A stretch of DNA of 63,870 nt, the filler included, from Octopus bimaculoides (Eukaryota): NCBI RefSeq assembly GCF_001194135.2. It is 4 parts of 4 records of this genome, joined end to end, with 100 filler letters (N's around TTAATTAATTAA, not from the genome) between each part and the next. Parts side by side here need not be neighbours in the genome. Positions count along the whole stretch, not along the records: positions 40,878 to 60,156 come from NC_068985.1; positions 60,257 to 63,870 come from NC_068988.1; 2 more parts are not named here. One strand, 5' to 3'. Numbering within the stretch: the first letter of the stretch is position 1; each line of letters starts with the position of its first letter. Below are positions 59,919 through 63,870 of this stretch, piece after piece. The translations under genes and the position numbers were made by a program. The notes beneath the pieces are model-generated. The model saw only the letters and a list, made by a program, of their open reading frames with translations, was not told where the DNA came from and ran no database searches.

Positions 59919-60156
59919 TACTCTTTACTCTTTTACTTGTTTCAGTCATTTTACTGCAGCCATGCTGGAGCACCGCCTTTAGTCGAGAAAATCGACCCTA
60001 GGACTTATTCTTTGTAAGCCTAGTACTTATTCTATCAGTCTCTTTTTGCCGAACCGCTAAGTTACGGGGACGTAAACACATCAACATCGGTTTTCAAGCG
60101 ATGGTGGGGGGACAAAAACAGACACACAAACACACATATATATATATATATATATA
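59919..60156 (-). mobile_element. Family A 3' half, young (CpGs retained), ending in (TA)n at a linker
   Basis: tactctttactcttttacttgtttcagtc..gcaccgcctttagtcgag..gccgaaccgctaagttacggggacg. Confidence 0.88.
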
Positions 60157-60256
60157 NNNNNNNNNNNNNNNNNNNNNNNNNNNNNNNNNNNNNNNNNNNN
60201 TTAATTAATTAANNNNNNNNNNNNNNNNNNNNNNNNNNNNNNNNNNNNNNNNNNNN
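60157..60256. other. Artificial assembly linker 44N-TTAATTAATTAA-44N
   Basis: Identical 100-bp structure. Confidence 0.95.
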
Positions 60257-60289
<33 letters not shown>

Positions 60290-60299
60290 AGACTACACC

Positions 60300-60548
60300 A
60301 CGTTGCTATCCATCGCCGATCACAATACGTTTGCATAGTTTTACCATTTGAATAATGCATCAACTTTTGGCTGCCGCACAAGCGAACACTCACCCTGATG
60401 GGAAAGCCAGTTAGTAACAAGTTTGACTGTTTTGGACTGACTTGACTAGAATAAGACGAAACGAAATGCGTTGCTGAAGAAAACAGTGTGTGAAGCGAAC
60501 CCACGATATAGCAATCGTGAGTGCAGAACTCTAACCACTAGGCCGCTT
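60300..60548 (-). mobile_element. Old tRNA-derived SINE (family D-like)
   Basis: Reverse-complement head gcggcctagtggttagagttctgcactcacgattgctatatcgtgggttcg; the body is weakly similar to family D. Confidence 0.5.
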
Positions 60549-62139
60549 GATTTCACACACCAACATACATACACACACATGCATACACACACATGCATGC
60601 ACACACATGCATACACTCATGCATACACATACATGCATACACACACATGCATACACAAACATGCATACACACACACACATTTATAAAGAGAAGGAGAAAG
60701 AGTGATGATGTACTGATGATGTACAGGTCCGTGGTAGCGAATTCATCATAAAGGTACTCTATGTGGATTACGTGAAGTTGAATTGAAAAATTGCTATGCC
60801 TTCTCCACACATAGGGACAAATGAAATATACTAAGTCAGCTAGCTAGGTATGGTCTTTGAAAGATAACGAATCACCGCACGCAATTAAATAGACTTTCAT
60901 TCAGAAATCCATACCTTATGTAGCTGGATGGATTAAATGTAGACCTTGTTTAGCTGAAAGAGCGCAGATCCTGTTCAGACCGCAGATCCCTAACTCCATT
61001 TGGAACTCCAGGTCAGAAATCTTGAGTGGTTTCATGAACATATGTAAATATATTTTGAAGAATCGAAAAACTGTGCCTATTCCTGACTGACTTGATATCT
61101 TTCCAGCCTGTGTATTTCAGGTCTAAGGAAGGTAGCTCTTTTACCTTTTTTACTTTTTATTTCTTTATATTTTAGTTTCTGTTTTTCGTTTTCCGTTGTT
61201 TACTGTCTGCATTTTCTATATGTTGGCTTCTCAATTGTATCGCGCTACTTCTATTTAAAAAAAAAAATATAGCGTGCAGTCGATCTCTTCGAATAATATT
61301 CCTGGAGGCAGTGTCCCATCTTGGTTGCAGTGAAATAACTGAAACAACTAACAGATAAAGATAAATATCAGAGCGTATAGATCGATCTACTTTTATTTGA
61401 TTCTTATTTCGCGAAAGCCAAGGCTACACATCAATATGTAATCCTCTGCGTAATTTTCTTATGTTCATCTTAAACCTTTATATGTGAATCGAAACAATAG
61501 CATTCCAAAGTCTCTTAACATAAATTTCGGAGATTTTAACAATCTCATTCAAAACATAAACAATGTTACAATTTTGTAATGCATTGTTTGTCAAATCGCC
61601 AAGGGTATTCGGTAAAATTCAACAAACTAATATATTCAATGCTAGATATAAATATTTATACAGCAGTAAAGCCTAATAGGTATCAAGTCATTTGGTATTT
61701 TTACGAGCGAGGCACTTGGTGTATTAAGGTCGTTTACTTTTCAGGTTTTTCTCACTATTTCTCTTGTGAAATTTATGGAATGGTACATAAAAATTAAAGT
61801 GTATTCTTCTCTCCAACAATATTTTCAATAATGCAGTATAACAAGCTGCAGCGGTTCCCTGTTGTATGAGCATAGTTAAGCAGAAGAAAGTTTCGTACTA
61901 GCTGGAATAATGTAACTGGAGGAGTTTTAAGCTATAAAACCAATAACTTAGCATTGAAAACGGTATCGTACTTAAAGAAATTATATTGTTCGTTGCTTCG
62001 TGCTTTTGTGTTAACAACGGGATTTCTAACATTTAGTATGTAGTCATTTATTATAAGATATTTTCTTTATTATTTACATCCATCACTTTCATGAACAGAG
62101 CCTATCATCTTCAGCATTAGAACATCAGAAAAAGAAAAT

Positions 62140-62210
62140 ATGGTTGCAAAAGCGAAACTCATAATCTTCAATTCGGTGTTCGTACCTATACTTATCTATG
62201 ATTCGACCCT
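62140..62210 (+). mobile_element. Short RTE-like RT remnant
   Basis: AKAKLIIFNSVFVPILIYDS resembles K.KL.IF.SVFVPILTYG.E. Confidence 0.35.
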
Positions 62211-62509
62211 AGTACCTGCCGTTATTCTCAATGCCAAAGATTATGTCTGAAACCTGACTCTCTTCCATTATCTTCCAGGTAATTAATGCGTTATTAATAG
62301 AATGACTTTAAGCCACTAAAAAGTCCATAGTAGTAACATCCATTACAGTGGTAGTGCTGGTCAATATTTACTTAAAAGTCAGACGTCATCCAGATATACC
62401 GCGCATACAATAGTAAAATCAACGGTCACAAAACAGTTAAATTAAACGTCCTTGTCAAATTTTGCCTAATTGTTTGCCTTTTGTTACCACTCTAACCTAT
62501 ACACATACA

Positions 62510-62544
<35 letters not shown>

Positions 62545-62984
62545 NNNNNNNNNNNNNNNNNNNNNNNNNNNNNNNNNNNNNNNNNNNNNNNNNNNNNNNN
62601 NNNNNNNNNNNNNNNNNNNNNNNNNNNNNNNNNNNNNNNNNNNNNNNNNNNNNNNNNNNNNNNNNNNNNNNNNNNNNNNNNNNNNNNNNNNNNNNNNNNN
62701 NNNNNNNNNNNNNNNNNNNNNNNNNNNNNNNNNNNNNNNNNNNNNNNNNNNNNNNNNNNNNNNNNNNNNNNNNNNNNNNNNNNNNNNNNNNNNNNNNNNN
62801 NNNNNNNNNNNNNNNNNNNNNNNNNNNNNNNNNNNNNNNNNNNNNNNNNNNNNNNNNNNNNNNNNNNNNNNNNNNNNNNNNNNNNNNNNNNNNNNNNNNN
62901 NNNNNNNNNNNNNNNNNNNNNNNNNNNNNNNNNNNNNNNNNNNNNNNNNNNNNNNNNNNNNNNNNNNNNNNNNNNNNNNNNNNN

Positions 62985-63023
<39 letters not shown>

Positions 63024-63144
63024 ACATATATAGATACACACATATACCTACAGATATCTATACAAAGTTTCGCTGACAGCTTTCGTAAAATGAGAAGCAG
63101 AAGCAAGGATTTTTTATGTGAGAAAGAGAGACAGAGAGACAGAG

Positions 63145-63181
<37 letters not shown>

Positions 63182-63601
63182 AACGAGTTAAAATCTATGT
63201 TGTACATATTTTATTCAATAATCCACGCTGCTATTTTTCTTTTTTTTTCAATACGAGACATTCTATAAACATCATTACGACCGCATATATATCTTTGATA
63301 AGTTTCGCATAACAAAATAGACCTATCTCTGCCTTACTTGCCAAAACGTACAGCTGTGATAAATGACTTACAAATATCTTGAACGATGCAACGCTAATTT
63401 AAACCTGACGGAGTGTATACACATTAGGTTTCAGAAAATATGGTTTGAAATTGTTATACTTCATTGTAAATAGCAGGCGGCGTTGTACACGACTGAAACA
63501 ACTGCAGAATAATTAGTAGATCGCGTTGTGACAAGGGATGACCCTCCATTCCCTGAGATATCATCTGTTTTGCGAAAACACTTTATTGTTTTCCATATCT
63601 C

Positions 63602-63816
63602 TTGGCACTCCGGGACGGTGAGTAAAAATCTTGAGAAGTATATGGAACAAATAGGTGCTGCAATAAGGGTGGAGCACTTGCAGAAAACATTACTGCTTGG
63701 AAACGCTCGGATACTTCACATGGTGATCGAAATATAAAGGGTGTTACCTTAGATCACTGGTAGTGAACAGCTGACACGGTTCTATACCTCCAGCGTTAGA
63801 AGCTGTGCAAAGACAA
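63602..63816 (+). mobile_element. R4/Dong-like RLE non-LTR retrotransposon, extreme 3' end
   Basis: GTVSKNLEKYMEQIGAAIRVEHLQKTLLLGNARILHMVIEI* matches the GALG....L....LQK..LLGTA.ILR.VL C-terminus; a short 3' UTR then runs into (AAT)n. Confidence 0.75.
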
Positions 63817-63819
63817 TAA

Positions 63820-63870
<51 letters not shown>
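63817..63870. repeat. (AAT)n microsatellite at the window end
   Basis: Direct reading. Confidence 0.95.

Noticed and set aside
60455-60490. Permuted hammerhead (GAAAC..CTGAAGA)
   Set aside because: No stem I or stem II can form, and it lies within an old SINE body.
1398-63106. Long ORFs in the supplied track (for example 1398-2513, 4839-6254, 17262-18602, 24066-25040, 31034-31882)
   Set aside because: They are open only because they run through N gaps and stop-free microsatellites (YI, HT, CV and SL repeats).

Overview
AT-rich, microsatellite-dense eukaryotic DNA with many N gaps. The tRNA-derived SINE families suggest a cephalopod, probably Octopus; this is an inference from remembered repeat families, not a database hit. 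I can identify no intact host protein-coding gene, rRNA, functional tRNA or CRISPR array, and almost all listed ORFs are microsatellite or N-gap artefacts. Three identical 100-bp artificial linkers (44N-TTAATTAATTAA-44N) split the window into four blocks. Block 3 (40878-60156) is strongly CpG-depleted, consistent with a germline-methylated domain, while the other blocks are CpG-rich. Content: about five recurrent SINE-like families (my working labels A-E); decayed non-LTR retrotransposon pieces (Tx1/L1, RTE, CR1-like, HERO-like, R4/Dong-like); a Helitron remnant; several MITEs and foldbacks; and a recurrent ~200-bp element carrying a minimal hammerhead-ribozyme-like motif. The most interesting signals are (1) the hammerhead elements, including a subfamily with a conserved non-canonical core CUG-U-Y-GA, mostly lying against (TA)n runs; (2) two family-C SINEs flanked by unusually long direct repeats (113 bp and at least 56 bp); (3) the CpG domain switch, with a 24-bp minisatellite recording CpG decay unit by unit; and (4) a fixed tandem-duplication hotspot and a tail-to-tail inverted pair in family E.
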